Below are positions 11,801-22,027 of a DNA stretch of 64,000 nt, piece by piece. The notes beneath the pieces are model-generated. The model ran no database searches. It worked only from the letters and a program-made list of their open reading frames with translations, and was not told the origin of the DNA. The position numbers and the translations under genes are program-made. Every line of letters starts with the position of its first letter. The first letter of the stretch is position 1. This stretch comes from an uncultured Eubacteriales bacterium. GTDB lineage: Bacteria; Bacillota; Clostridia; TANB77; CAG-508. Location: NCBI GenBank assembly GCA_902787685.1, contig CADAHH010000003.1:9058-73057 (forward strand), given 5' to 3'.

Positions 11801-12409
11801 CTGTTTATTTATATATTCTGCTTTTTCAGAAAAATTAGAAAGCATTTTATCTTCTGGCAACCTGTATACAGCATATATTGTCCTCCCAAGATTCTCCCAT
11901 TCATTAACAGGTACATTCATAAATGGTTGATTTCCGTCAATTCTATCCTGCCCACCCATATCATATTTACTACATAGTTTAGTTTCTGAATCATAGGATT
12001 CAATTACAAAAATATGTACTGGTTCGCCATTTTGTGCCACAGAGATTATATCTCCAGGCTTATAATCATCAGTGTTTTGAATTTTATTAAACCCATTAGA
12101 TTCCAAAAACTCACCAATTTTATCACATCCATAACCTCCTGCTGGTTGATCAGTTAACCCCAAATCCCATACTGCTCTACAAACTAATCTATCACATGAA
12201 ATCATTCCATCTTCACAAGGTGGTAAGCTACCTGAACTTCCATATTTAAAGTTATTGTTATGTGCCATCTCATATACTTTTTTTACTTGATTTATTAAAT
12301 CCGTAGATGAGAAAGCTTTTGAATAGTTTTTATTTAGTGAAAAAAAAGAAATAAAAACCACAAATAAAATTATAATAAGCTTATTTTTAAACCTCATTTT
12401 TATTTTCAT
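8810..12409 (-). CDS. VirB6-like polytopic membrane protein carrying several putative cell-wall hydrolase domains (NlpC/P60-like, M15 peptidase, SGNH, SleB/lysozyme-like)
   Basis: Signal peptide; SCDRLV..HIFVI..YDMG (NlpC/P60-like); SAFNYR..SNHAYG..DINP..QHFQ (M15); FIGDSR..LGVND..THY (SGNH); VAYSEQG..EASLMAN. TM blocks are shared with neighbouring paralogues. Confidence 0.7.
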   Translation of the reverse strand: MKIKMRFKNKLIIILFVVFISFFSLNKNYSKAFSSTDLINQVKKVYEMAHNNNFKYGSSGSLPPCEDGMISCDRLVCRAVWDLGLTDQPAGGYGCDKIGEFLESNGFNKIQNTDDYKPGDIISVAQNGEPVHIFVIESYDSETKLCSKYDMGGQDRIDGNQPFMNVPVNEWENLGRTIYAVYRLPEDKMLSNFSEKAEYINKQINFSEGIPEKYDVFIDGDMLDAEDGFQVPIIQTSIDYLLYNNGHLSNIDFFGINSAVDNFTYKNQNATLKEKLKTKWERISSYVKSTNKVLLYIAIALMLTSFIYIGVLIVNKTIVGDKLNNILGINTVEDKSVTEEYKEKSLIEQWFKSLFTLIFSMLVITLTIGLSFYISNSVNMYNIDGKIIDSVDVYSKAVVDSSNSSGIAGLGTKKDIDSNTVDKNGNKLIDRIKPSLHGNSLDSLVDNDGSKLTLSYLEIPYYDINDQLQTGEMIVHQKLADEVLLIFQELYQIKYPIERMELVDNFDANDWKSIQANNTSAFNYRKANDGQRDLDNLSNHAYGKCIDINPLVNPYIINYHSHNATPYTTHRPEDGPNGTNSSNNHDDKFIKRDTMEGWTKVEKREKIAKDTEIYNIFIKYGWTWLEKAGSGEKDLDSQHFQKLDASNAKTIDWNAIKSSKSPTPKVSGNDATGIIFIGDSRTEGIRDSVTSNATFICKESQGHKWMVEKAFPEADKIINMGNKVIIWLGVNDIDESGSYINSVNTKALQWTARGAKVYYAEVGPLKRDDQYATNEKIKAFNQSLKNGLSDRVTIIPLYDKLVNEGFEMVNSTDTTHYNKETNIRIYNHFVNAVTSGITGSGNSSKSTTPTPFIKYQLTDQELTGLAAVAYSEQGSLEGAAAEASLMANLFELHHNGQCHGVTGGAGLYKMVGAPRSDTEYFWFDRASTFIDTGHLAEYAGGGPVTPEMKAVVRSVLVDGKRTLPGYVDEHASTNLVQYITTNGATYDDTDKSKYIPHVTIVHQPSSSYIYYTHVADSSDPFGYTSRENREKIGDFHYDFDGNAVGNSGQQIDFYFTTNFEGLYMILSNCSWDNNLGINLFYILCGFILTIFKAGLHYILYFRMILLGIIIAITPLIIIVDEIMKFRGNEGILKKWLVFYLKILAFRPLLQIVYTVLGKLNKTPIEENPFYIMLIVLVLTAIFVVYMFSMFKGKNKKAEQ

Positions 12410-12428
12410 TTTTTCACACCTTTCTATA

Positions 12429-12920
12429 TTATTTTATAATTTCCATTGTTTCATCTTTTAAATTTACCATCGATATGAATTTTGTTTTTTTATCATCATT
12501 TAAAATAAACTCTATCGCTAATTTATCTAACTCTTTATTATATTCATATCTATTAAATTCTGCTATATTAGCATTTTTATAAAATCTATATGTAAATGCA
12601 TATGTTCTTATTGTTGCATAAAAAGCTTTTTCATTTTTAATATAATTAAATACTTCATCTGGAACATTTATTATTTCAAAATCTATTCCATCTTTTGGTT
12701 CTCCACTTGTTGAATACAAAATTCCATTTTGTTCATAATAAACAGAATTATCATAATCATTGTAATCTATATTATCTATAGTGTTTTGTGTTTCTTCTTG
12801 TATTAGAGTATCATCATCATTATTAGTATTATTAATAATATTAAATAAAATTATTAATAAAGAAATAAAAAGAATAATTGATATTATTATTAATATTTCT
12901 ATGATTCTTTTCCCTTTCAT
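12429..12920 (-). CDS. membrane-anchored hypothetical protein
   Basis: Single N-terminal TM helix; RBS; operonic spacing. Confidence 0.75.
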   Translation of the reverse strand: MKGKRIIEILIIISIILFISLLIILFNIINNTNNDDDTLIQEETQNTIDNIDYNDYDNSVYYEQNGILYSTSGEPKDGIDFEIINVPDEVFNYIKNEKAFYATIRTYAFTYRFYKNANIAEFNRYEYNKELDKLAIEFILNDDKKTKFISMVNLKDETMEIIK

Positions 12921-12932
12921 AACTATATCCCC

Positions 12933-13802
12933 CTAATTATCATATAAAGAAATCATTATACTTGAAACATTAATTCCTGTACGATCTGTTTCAAAAAATG
13001 TTGCTACAGCTATCCATCCATTTCTTATAACTCGTCCTAACAATCTTTTTAATGAAAAGGATTGCTCATCATCATCATTTTTATTATTTGAAGATATTCC
13101 GTTACTATTTGAAGCGGGAGCATAGAACCCATGTGTTATAGCTTCATATTTGTCGTTCTTCAATCCCACTGGTCCATCTTCATGTAAAAAATAGCTACCT
13201 CCATTTTTTATACTTTTTACTTTGTCAAATCTATTTAAAAATTTTGATGGTGCATTCGGGTAATTTGATCCTCCTCCATCAATTCCCATTATAAACTCTA
13301 CAATATCACATTTATCACCATATTTATGTCCATAAAAAATATTTGTTTCTTCATCATAATATGGTGTATCTGTATGTTCACTTTTTGAATCACCAATAAT
13401 ACATGGAATAACTGTTCCATCACTTAGTTCAATATCCACATAATCTCCACTCCATCCAAATGTTGTAGCAAGTGCAACTACATATCTTTTTTGCCCTGCT
13501 ACTTCTACATATGCAATATTATTATCAGCTACTGGTCTATTTTGTGTTTCCCAAAGTAATTGCCTAACATCATATTGCGCTGTTCCTGTCGAACGTCCTG
13601 GTTGTTTACTTATATCTATAGTCCCATATGATTCAACTTGGGCAGGATATTGTTTAATTCTATCTGGTATTTTTATTTCTGTACCAGGAGTAATTGTATC
13701 TCTATGAGAGAATGTTGTATCACCAAATACTGTATAATTCAATGAAAATAATAAAACAATAATAAATCCAACTATAATACATGTGCATTTTTTTTGTTTC
13801 AT
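12933..13802 (-). CDS. secreted protein, possible double-psi-barrel/3D-like cell-wall lytic domain
   Basis: Signal peptide; RYVVALATTFG..GDYVDIELSDGTVIPCIIGDSK..IVEF pattern. Function is inferred. Confidence 0.5.
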   Translation of the reverse strand: MKQKKCTCIIVGFIIVLLFSLNYTVFGDTTFSHRDTITPGTEIKIPDRIKQYPAQVESYGTIDISKQPGRSTGTAQYDVRQLLWETQNRPVADNNIAYVEVAGQKRYVVALATTFGWSGDYVDIELSDGTVIPCIIGDSKSEHTDTPYYDEETNIFYGHKYGDKCDIVEFIMGIDGGGSNYPNAPSKFLNRFDKVKSIKNGGSYFLHEDGPVGLKNDKYEAITHGFYAPASNSNGISSNNKNDDDEQSFSLKRLLGRVIRNGWIAVATFFETDRTGINVSSIMISLYDN

Positions 13803-13826
13803 TTTGTGCTCCTTACTGCATCTAAA

Positions 13827-15218
13827 TTAACTAGAGATGCTTATTGTAAAATCTTCTGATTCTGCGTTTAGTGTTACTGTCATCTTAAATGTTCTATATA
13901 TACTTTCATTAGATTCATCTTTGACTTTAACATCATACATATAAACTAAGTCAGATACTTTTTTATATTTTCCATATTCAAAAATATTTTTTTGATAAAA
14001 GTTTTGTTTTATATATGTTACAAAATCATCGAAATTCTTAAAATAATTGCTTTTTTGAACTTCATCTAATTTTTGATATATAAATTCATAATTTTCATCA
14101 TTAATTGCTTTTCTAATCCTATCCATACAATACTTAGGTCTAATATGTATAAACATTGAATTATATAATTCAGAATATGCTGGCAAAGCTGTTGTATAAT
14201 AATCAAGTTGAATAGAATAGTTCATTAAATCAACCATATTAATTACAAAATTATCGTCATTAAAACATATAATTATATATTGTGTATACCAATTCAATTC
14301 ATATTTTTGATATCCATTTATAATATCTTCTGTATAGACTTGTCTCCTGTTGTTCATAAAATTTGTAAATTTTTCAAAATTATTTTCAAATCTTATTGTC
14401 TTGTATTCTTCATCTAATGAATTATATAAATGAATTAAATCATATTTAACATCAAATTCAAATCTTGCAAATAGTTCTTTTATACATGTAGGTTCATCAT
14501 ATTTTATTTTCATTAAGCTATATTGATTATATTTTGTTCTCTTTATTTCAGTATCATCTACTACATCTAATGATATTTTGTCTCCATCTTTTAGGTCTGT
14601 ATAATTAATACTTTTTAAATATTCATAAGGGTAAATGTAAAATGCAGCATTACTTGAATCTATTTTTATCATAATCTGTTTATTTATAGTATTTTTTTCA
14701 CCTTTTGAAATTCTATAATATACATAATATATTATCTTAGAATTCTTAATTGAAGCTTTATAAATTTCATCAACACAAAACGATGTTCCTTCATCATAAA
14801 AATTATTGATGTCATAATTCCTTTCTTTATAATCTAATGAATTATATGCATTTTCCTTAGAGCTATAAAAATTTGACAAACAATACTTAATTATAAAATA
14901 TGAAGATTTATCATTTTCTTTTTCCAAAATCAAATTTTCTTCTTTTACTGGCTCAAATTCTTCATATAAATCATCATCATATACATCTAAACTTTTTTTT
15001 TGGCTAGATTCTTGATTTTCTTGTTCACCATTATTAGATTCTATAGTATCAGACTCGATATTTTCAATATCATTTTCTATTATATCTTCAACTGTGTTTT
15101 CATCATATATAAAATCATTATCTTCTATGTCCTTCTTTCTAAAAAGATAATATGTTAATAATATACACAAAACAAATATACTTACTACTAATAATAATAT
15201 GATTCTATTTTTTTTCAT
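13827..15218 (-). CDS. membrane-anchored hypothetical protein (463 aa)
   Basis: N-terminal TM helix, acidic linker, large soluble domain; RBS GAAAGGA. Confidence 0.75.
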   Translation of the reverse strand: MKKNRIILLLVVSIFVLCILLTYYLFRKKDIEDNDFIYDENTVEDIIENDIENIESDTIESNNGEQENQESSQKKSLDVYDDDLYEEFEPVKEENLILEKENDKSSYFIIKYCLSNFYSSKENAYNSLDYKERNYDINNFYDEGTSFCVDEIYKASIKNSKIIYYVYYRISKGEKNTINKQIMIKIDSSNAAFYIYPYEYLKSINYTDLKDGDKISLDVVDDTEIKRTKYNQYSLMKIKYDEPTCIKELFARFEFDVKYDLIHLYNSLDEEYKTIRFENNFEKFTNFMNNRRQVYTEDIINGYQKYELNWYTQYIIICFNDDNFVINMVDLMNYSIQLDYYTTALPAYSELYNSMFIHIRPKYCMDRIRKAINDENYEFIYQKLDEVQKSNYFKNFDDFVTYIKQNFYQKNIFEYGKYKKVSDLVYMYDVKVKDESNESIYRTFKMTVTLNAESEDFTISISS

Positions 15219-15242
15219 ATTAGTTTAATCCTTTCGCATTTA

Positions 15243-15873
15243 TTATTTTCTTAAACGATATGAACATATATATCTTCTTCCCAATTGACCACTTCTAGTT
15301 TTAGTTTGTCCTATAAAAGCTCCTGATTGTGCTGACATATCTCCTGCATCCCAATATTCTCCGCATTCCTAGTTCTTCGTTCCAACCTGCATAAATATTG
15401 GTATGGTGTACATATACTTGTACATCGCCTCTTTCGAGATCTCTTTCAGTTGTAGCATAAAACTGGTCCCAATCCTCTGGATGCGATTTACAAAATTCCC
15501 CTACATAAGCAGCATCTAAATCTCCTAAACTGTCTGTTAAACCAATGTCAACAAATACTTGTAATACATAAATAGAACAACATGATGTCCTATATTGGGC
15601 GTCTTTATAATGAGTATCCCAAGGTGGATTATCTTTATTATATGTATAACCATTATCTGAATAAAACTGTGCTATTTCTTGACAAGATTGTAACATATGT
15701 TCTATTGTTGGGGATTTAATACTTACGCTATCATCTGCATGTAATGTCATAACTGGTACCAAATCTTTTAAATCTATAACTTCAATTTCATGTAAAACTA
15801 TTAGGACCATTATTATTATAATACTAATAATCATTAAAATAGTAAATGGAGTTAGTTTAAGTATTTTTTTCAT
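15243..15873 (-). CDS. membrane-anchored NlpC/P60-like hydrolase, 209 aa if read through a +1 shift at CGGA 15360-15363
   Basis: Frame 0 gives TSCCSIYV..GDVQVYVHHTNIYAGW..LGM-CGG. The +1 frame continues GEYWDAGDMSAQ...CSYRLRK to a stop at 15243, 24 bp before the next gene. Confidence 0.7.
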
Positions 15874-15887
15874 ATATTATTTCTCCT

Positions 15888-18284
15888 TTATGAAACATCC
15901 TTAAATGTTTCATCTTCTTGATTATTAAATATATCTTCGCTTGTTGCTTCGCTTGTTGCTTTCCATTTTCCTTTTCTTCCTTTTTTAGCTTTAAAGTCTA
16001 ATATTTGTGCACTTTGCTCATTTTCTGCTCCTAGTACATTTATATTACTATTCGTTCCATTCATAACATCATTTTTTGAGTTTACATTCAATTCCTGTTT
16101 CATGGTTTGAATAAGTCCATTAATTTTTTCTTGAGAGTCTAGACCAATTTCTGCCAACTCTTTTTTTATTTCATCTGTTAAATTTGCTTTAGAGCCGCCA
16201 TTCAAGGTATTCACAAGCTTCTTTATTCCTTCTGTTCTAGAACCTTCTCCATATCTCATAAAAAATTCGTCAATTGGAGCCGTTGCCTTTTGAGCAGCTC
16301 TATCAGTTATGTCCTCCAAAGTGTTTAAATCTATTGATGATGTATTTCCATCAGCTGAAACAGTTGATACAACATTTTCCTTTGTTACTGTTGTTTGTTT
16401 AATTACTTCTTTAGTTGAATCTACATTAGTTGCTGTTGCTGATGTTTCAATTGATGAAGCATCTTTTCTTGATGCACCTGCTTGTGAAGTAGCTTCTACT
16501 GTTACTGTTTGTGTATGTTGTCCTTGTTGTACTTGTTGTCCCTGAACAGGTTGGTCAGTTTGGCTTGATACTGACTGTGCAGTTTGTGATGAAAGTGAAT
16601 CCACAACTAGTTCTGGATTTTGTTGTTGTGCTGAAGTTGAAATTTGAGTTTGTCCTTGATTTTGTATCGTTGGCGTAGATACATTATTTTGAACATTTAC
16701 TTGGATGTTTTCACCACTAGAATTTGCTGTTATATTACTTAAAGAATTATAATTTCCAGAATTGATAGAATTGATAGTTTCTTGCAATACTTTGTCAAAT
16801 TTATCTTTATCAAATGCTCCATTTGCAAGGTTATCCACATGTTCCATTGCTTGTTGCATTGACATTCCTTTCTCCTTCATGTACTGGCTTGCTATGTCAT
16901 CTTTTGCATCCATAATAGTTTGTTCTATTATAGAATTTTGTTTATTCTCTAATTGTGTTTTGATTTTTTCAGCTTTTTCTTTTCCAAAATATGCTATAGC
17001 CTCAGACCCCATTGGATTATCTGCTATTTTTTGAGAAAGTAATTCAACATATTGATCAACATCTCCCAGTTTTTCACCTTTTTTTACTATATTCTTCCAT
17101 ATATCTTCATTCATTATATCGTTTGATTCGCCAGTTAATATTTCCATAACATTCTCAGCTGAACTCTTTGCAGCTTTTTCAATTCCCTCGTTCTTTTTTG
17201 TTTCCACCATTGATGCTATACTTGAATTATAATATTTTTTATATGTTTCATTGGTTGTATTTATAAGTTTTTCTTTATCCATTTCTATTGATGAATTTTT
17301 AACTAGTTGTCTCATGATTTGATGTTTATATTCATTTTCAGATTGATTATGACCTCCTTTAATTTCCTTTACTGCTTGTGCATATATTTTTGCATTCATA
17401 GTATCTTTTGCTGTTTTTATTCCTCTTATGTTTTTATACTCATCTATTAAACTAATTTCTTTTTTATCTGCAATTTGTTGTTTTAAACGGTCAGTATTTA
17501 TCAGTCTATCATTTGTTCTATTTAACATATTAGCTGATCTTGCCATATTATTCAGATTTGCTGTCTTATCAATTATATTACTTATTTGTCTACCTTTATC
17601 TGTTAGGTGAACTGGTAAAAGATCAAGTGTAGGTTCTTTTAAAGCCAGTCCTGGATGTCTTCTTCCAAATGCTTCTGCTATCAGTTGATCACCATTTTTT
17701 TGCATCTGATATCCTTTTGTACTCTTCCAAACATTTGAAATTTCCGTGTTTTTCTGCCTTACCCAACGTTTTTTATTTTCAAAACCTTTTTTTACATTTG
17801 AAGTAAATCCTTTTATACTTCTTCTAGCGCCTTCAGGAATCAATTGCTTAAATGCATCTCCATATAAACCAGCTGTATCTTTTATATCCTTTTTAGTTTG
17901 ATTTACATAATTTTTAGCAAATCTTCCAACATTATTTGCAAATCCTGACATTTTTTTCCCAGTAAGTCCATCTATAATTTCCCCAGTAGAACGTACCGTC
18001 CCAGCAGTCTTTAATCCCAATCCAGCTATGAATTTTCCTCCTCTACCAATTAGACTAGAATCTTGCTTTGTCTCTGAATTATTTGTTGGATCTGAGGCAT
18101 ATGGTTTCACAAGGCTTTTTGCATTTACTCCTGTTGCAGCTTCTATTGTTTTCAAAGCAATCCCTTGCATTATAGCTTTCTTCGCAACCCCTGCGACATC
18201 CCCTGTGACCTTTTTAATTTCATGAATTTCAATTGCAACAACTCCTATTGAAGCAATCGCTAAAATAATAACCATAAATCCCAT
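15888..18284 (-). CDS. membrane-anchored low-complexity/coiled-coil protein (798 aa)
   Basis: N-terminal hydrophobic helix, G/A/K-rich segment like the cytoplasmic tails of TrbL/VirB6 proteins, Q/T/S-rich linker; RBS AAGGAGG. Confidence 0.7.
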   Translation of the reverse strand: MGFMVIILAIASIGVVAIEIHEIKKVTGDVAGVAKKAIMQGIALKTIEAATGVNAKSLVKPYASDPTNNSETKQDSSLIGRGGKFIAGLGLKTAGTVRSTGEIIDGLTGKKMSGFANNVGRFAKNYVNQTKKDIKDTAGLYGDAFKQLIPEGARRSIKGFTSNVKKGFENKKRWVRQKNTEISNVWKSTKGYQMQKNGDQLIAEAFGRRHPGLALKEPTLDLLPVHLTDKGRQISNIIDKTANLNNMARSANMLNRTNDRLINTDRLKQQIADKKEISLIDEYKNIRGIKTAKDTMNAKIYAQAVKEIKGGHNQSENEYKHQIMRQLVKNSSIEMDKEKLINTTNETYKKYYNSSIASMVETKKNEGIEKAAKSSAENVMEILTGESNDIMNEDIWKNIVKKGEKLGDVDQYVELLSQKIADNPMGSEAIAYFGKEKAEKIKTQLENKQNSIIEQTIMDAKDDIASQYMKEKGMSMQQAMEHVDNLANGAFDKDKFDKVLQETINSINSGNYNSLSNITANSSGENIQVNVQNNVSTPTIQNQGQTQISTSAQQQNPELVVDSLSSQTAQSVSSQTDQPVQGQQVQQGQHTQTVTVEATSQAGASRKDASSIETSATATNVDSTKEVIKQTTVTKENVVSTVSADGNTSSIDLNTLEDITDRAAQKATAPIDEFFMRYGEGSRTEGIKKLVNTLNGGSKANLTDEIKKELAEIGLDSQEKINGLIQTMKQELNVNSKNDVMNGTNSNINVLGAENEQSAQILDFKAKKGRKGKWKATSEATSEDIFNNQEDETFKDVS

Positions 18285-18298
18285 TAATAAATCCTCCT

Positions 18299-19993
18299 TT
18301 AAAATGCTACAATTAACATAATTTTATAAATAATTGCCAAAACAATTGGTATTGATGTCCATATAACATATTGTATTATCCAATTTTGATACTTTTTCTG
18401 TACAGAATCTTCTTTACCCAGTGAATGCATTACTGCGAAAACAGGTCCCAAAACAGACAGTATAATCAATACTATTAATCTAACAAACATAGCTATTACT
18501 ACAATGATATTTACCCACACTAGTACAATATAAAACAATGTATATGTTAATTTATTCCCTATTTTATCAACCTTAGAAATACTGGACATATATCGTGTAT
18601 ATCCTGTTATATTAGTGCTGAAACTATATATTTTATCATCATTTTGTAAAACTACACGTATTGGCGGTTCATTTGTTTCTGAAACCTTTAAGTTATTAAA
18701 AATCATATTAGTAAAATAAATACATAAATTCATAATAACTACAGAACCTACCAACATCAGTATTGATTTCACAAACTCATTAATTCTTGAAACATGTTTC
18801 TCTTTTTCATCTGGAGTAAGTGATTGTTTTACTAATGAAATTCCGTGAAATATCATCACACCTATTAAAATTGCTGATGATAAATAAATAACTATATGCA
18901 CTAAAGTAGATGCAAAACTGTTTCTTATCTTTTGCCATTCTGATATATTTTTTGATTTAGGTTTTGAAAAAAAATTAGCATCAAACTCTTCCAATTGGCC
19001 AGTAACTATTGAATATAAATCAACTGGTATTATTGGTATTTCTGTTTCTTTATCAAATCCATTAGATTTAGCTTCTTCATATTTAGGTATTTGTTCTTTT
19101 GAGCCCTCATTTGCTCCATCCTCGCTGAAGTTAACGTAAAGGTTTTTATTCTTATCTTGTAAAATCTTTTTTGGCTCATATGTTATTGCCCATGGTTTAA
19201 TCTTATCTATTCCTTCTGAATAATTACTTGTTTCAATTGAATTTAAAATCATCTGTGGGCCATCAGCAATCAATCCTCTAAATAAATCTAAAACCATCAT
19301 TAATAATTTTCCAACAGCTTTTTCTATTGTTTCTTTTATAGCTCCCCCAATACTCTCAACTTCAATAAAATTTGTACCTTCTCTTAATTGTTCTTGTTCT
19401 CCTGTGTTATAATCTTTTCCTGAATATAGTTTTGTAGCTTTTATAACTATTTTTTGGTTAGCTTCATGGTTTCCTGATCCAGATGTCCAACTATCTTGGC
19501 TTCCTCCACCTATTAATAATACATCCCATGTAGATCCAACTGTTAAAGCATTTTTCTTCTCTGGACAACCATAAGTAGATACTAATTGATCATAAGAATA
19601 ATATTTTTTATAAACAACATCAAACCATCCGTTTGTGGGCATCGTTATAGGCTTATATTCTTTATCATTATTTCTTTTGTCTTCACCTATTTGAATAATA
19701 TATTTTCCTTCTTTAATTTTAGATTCCTCTGTAATCTTTATCTTAGTTCTAAATCTCATTGTGTTTTCGCCATTTGATAATTTGTCTCCTGCATAACCAA
19801 ATGTTTTTTGAAGTGTTGAAATTGCTTTTTCTTTTTCTTCTTTATTTATTGTAGCTCCTTCATTTGAATACAATGTAAGCTCAAAATTATTAGCTTCCTT
19901 TGTTATTATTGCACCATAAGAAGTTGTTTGGTAAAAGAATATATTAAAAAAAATATATATAAACATCACAACTATTAATATTTTTTTAATCAC
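18299..19993 (-). CDS. VirB6/TrbL-like polytopic membrane protein with N-terminal extracellular domain
   Basis: Likely GTG start at 19993 behind AAGGAGG (the ORF track start of 20098 overlaps the upstream gene). Contains IPIIPVDLY, FDANFF, PIRVV, SFSTNITGYTRY and LSVLGP motifs. Confidence 0.65.
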   Translation of the reverse strand: MIKKILIVVMFIYIFFNIFFYQTTSYGAIITKEANNFELTLYSNEGATINKEEKEKAISTLQKTFGYAGDKLSNGENTMRFRTKIKITEESKIKEGKYIIQIGEDKRNNDKEYKPITMPTNGWFDVVYKKYYSYDQLVSTYGCPEKKNALTVGSTWDVLLIGGGSQDSWTSGSGNHEANQKIVIKATKLYSGKDYNTGEQEQLREGTNFIEVESIGGAIKETIEKAVGKLLMMVLDLFRGLIADGPQMILNSIETSNYSEGIDKIKPWAITYEPKKILQDKNKNLYVNFSEDGANEGSKEQIPKYEEAKSNGFDKETEIPIIPVDLYSIVTGQLEEFDANFFSKPKSKNISEWQKIRNSFASTLVHIVIYLSSAILIGVMIFHGISLVKQSLTPDEKEKHVSRINEFVKSILMLVGSVVIMNLCIYFTNMIFNNLKVSETNEPPIRVVLQNDDKIYSFSTNITGYTRYMSSISKVDKIGNKLTYTLFYIVLVWVNIIVVIAMFVRLIVLIILSVLGPVFAVMHSLGKEDSVQKKYQNWIIQYVIWTSIPIVLAIIYKIMLIVAF

Positions 19994-20013
19994 ATTTACC
20001 TCCTTCTTATTAA

Positions 20014-22015
20014 TTAAAATATTAATCTTAAAGCAATCGTGTAGACTAAAGCCAATATTATCTGAATAGAAGCTATTAATACATAAGTAATAGTCCATCT
20101 TTGATATGAAAAGCCAAAGATGCTTTTTATATTAAACGCAGAAGCAATAGCGATAATTGGTCCTAAAATTGATAATACTACCATTATACATAATCTGAGA
20201 ACCATTGCAAAAGTTGCTATCGCATTTATTAGAACTAGTAAACAATATATAACTACATAAAGTGATTTAAAATCGGCTAATTTTGGTTGATTTATTTGAG
20301 CCATAAATCTATAATACCCCATTACATTTGTGCTAAAACTGTAGTCGTTATTTTTACCATCTAAATTTCCTTCTCCAACATTAATTCTAATCGGTAATTC
20401 ATCTGCATCTGTCGCAATAAAACTTCTAGATATTCCTTGAACCATAAAAATACTTATACCCATTATAAGAACTGTTGCTACAAGCATAATTGTTGACTTT
20501 GCAAATTCTTTTATTCCACCTATATGTTCTTTTCTTTCATCCGGTGTAAGTGTTCCTTGTACTATGGCGATTCCATGTAAAATCAAAGTAATTATCAATA
20601 AAGCAGACCCAACATAAATAATTATATGAATCACACCAGAAACAAAATTTCTTACAATTAACCAACTAGAAGAAGTAGAGTGTAATTCTTTGTCATTTTG
20701 ACCTGTAAGAAAATTAATATCAAATAAGTCTACTTTTCCTTCTGCGAACGTATAAAACTCAACTGGAATAATAGGTATTGTCGTAACCTCTTCCAGACCT
20801 TCATCTCTAACATTTATGTTTTTAATTTTTTGTTTGTCCTTTTTTCCTAAATTTTCCGTTCCTTTTGAATAGTATGCATACTTATTTTTATTTGAATCAT
20901 TTAAAATTTCCTCTGGTTCCATTAATATATTCCAGTTTGCTAATTTATCTTTATTGTTATATTTAGATGTTTGAATAGAATTAATATTGCTTTGTAATGC
21001 ATCAAATGGAATTAAACATATATCTAGCAGTTTTATTTTTATATGTCCCATTATGTTGGTTAAATCATCCCATTTATCTTCCCACCACGTAGTATGATCC
21101 TCATCAGAATCTGTATTTGTATCACTATCACTATCACTTTCACTTTCACTATCACTTTCACTGTCATCATCATTATTTTCGTTTTCTGTTGTATGAATAA
21201 TAGCTAAACCTGATGTTACATCTTTAAGAGTTAATTTATATTCGTTTGCTTTTTCCTCTTCTATTGCTAGACCTATTATTACTTTAATACTGTCTCCATT
21301 GTTTAGTTCTCTATTAATATGTTTATTTAAATAATTCTTTGGGATACTTACCTTATTTCCATTTCCAACTTGTATCTGATAATTGTTGCTATCAGATGAA
21401 ATACATTTTATAGTCGTATTTAAAGTTGCGACACTTTTTCCGTTCGGAAATAATTTAACCATATCCGTATTTGTACCATATTTAGATTTTATTTGATCTT
21501 GTGCTTCATCTTTAGTAGGTTTTTTTATAGTATCAAGATATATATTTAAATTTGATTGCTGTGAATCTTCTTTAGATATCAATTCCAATATATTTACATC
21601 AAAGCTATTGCTTTTTTTAGTAATTTGACTTTTATTTATAACAAACGCTCTTAACGTTATACTAATACTATCACCATTTTTTGGTTCTCCATTGAATAAA
21701 TTTATTACTTTTCGTAATGGTATTGTTATACTTTTTCCGCTTTCCAACCTTTAACGTATAGCTTGATTGTGTTTTTGATAAACATTTTAAAGTTGTATTC
21801 AAGGATATTAAACTTGTAGGACTAGAATTTATAGTAACAGTATCATTACTAGAGCCATATGTTGATTTTAAATATTTTTCTAAATCTTTATTACTTATAT
21901 TTTGTATTGTTTCAAGACGTGAAGATATAGAACAAGTATAGGCTTGAGTATAATTTATGTTAAATATAATAACTATAATAGTTATTATAACAGCTAAATA
22001 TAATTTTTTCCTCAC
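20014..22015 (-). CDS. VirB6/TrbL-like membrane protein with two tandem extracellular repeats, 666 aa if read through a +1 shift at CGGA 21736-21739
   Basis: Joins track ORFs 21671..22015 and 20014..21747. The restored YTLKVGKGKSITIP aligns without gaps to the second repeat YQIQVGNGNKVSIP. Confidence 0.7.
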
Positions 22016-22027
22016 TTTATCTCCCTC

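Noticed and set aside
21100-21180. 6-bp tandem repeats as a phase-variation tract
   Set aside because: In-frame coding repeats for an S/D/E linker; unit changes would not alter the frame.
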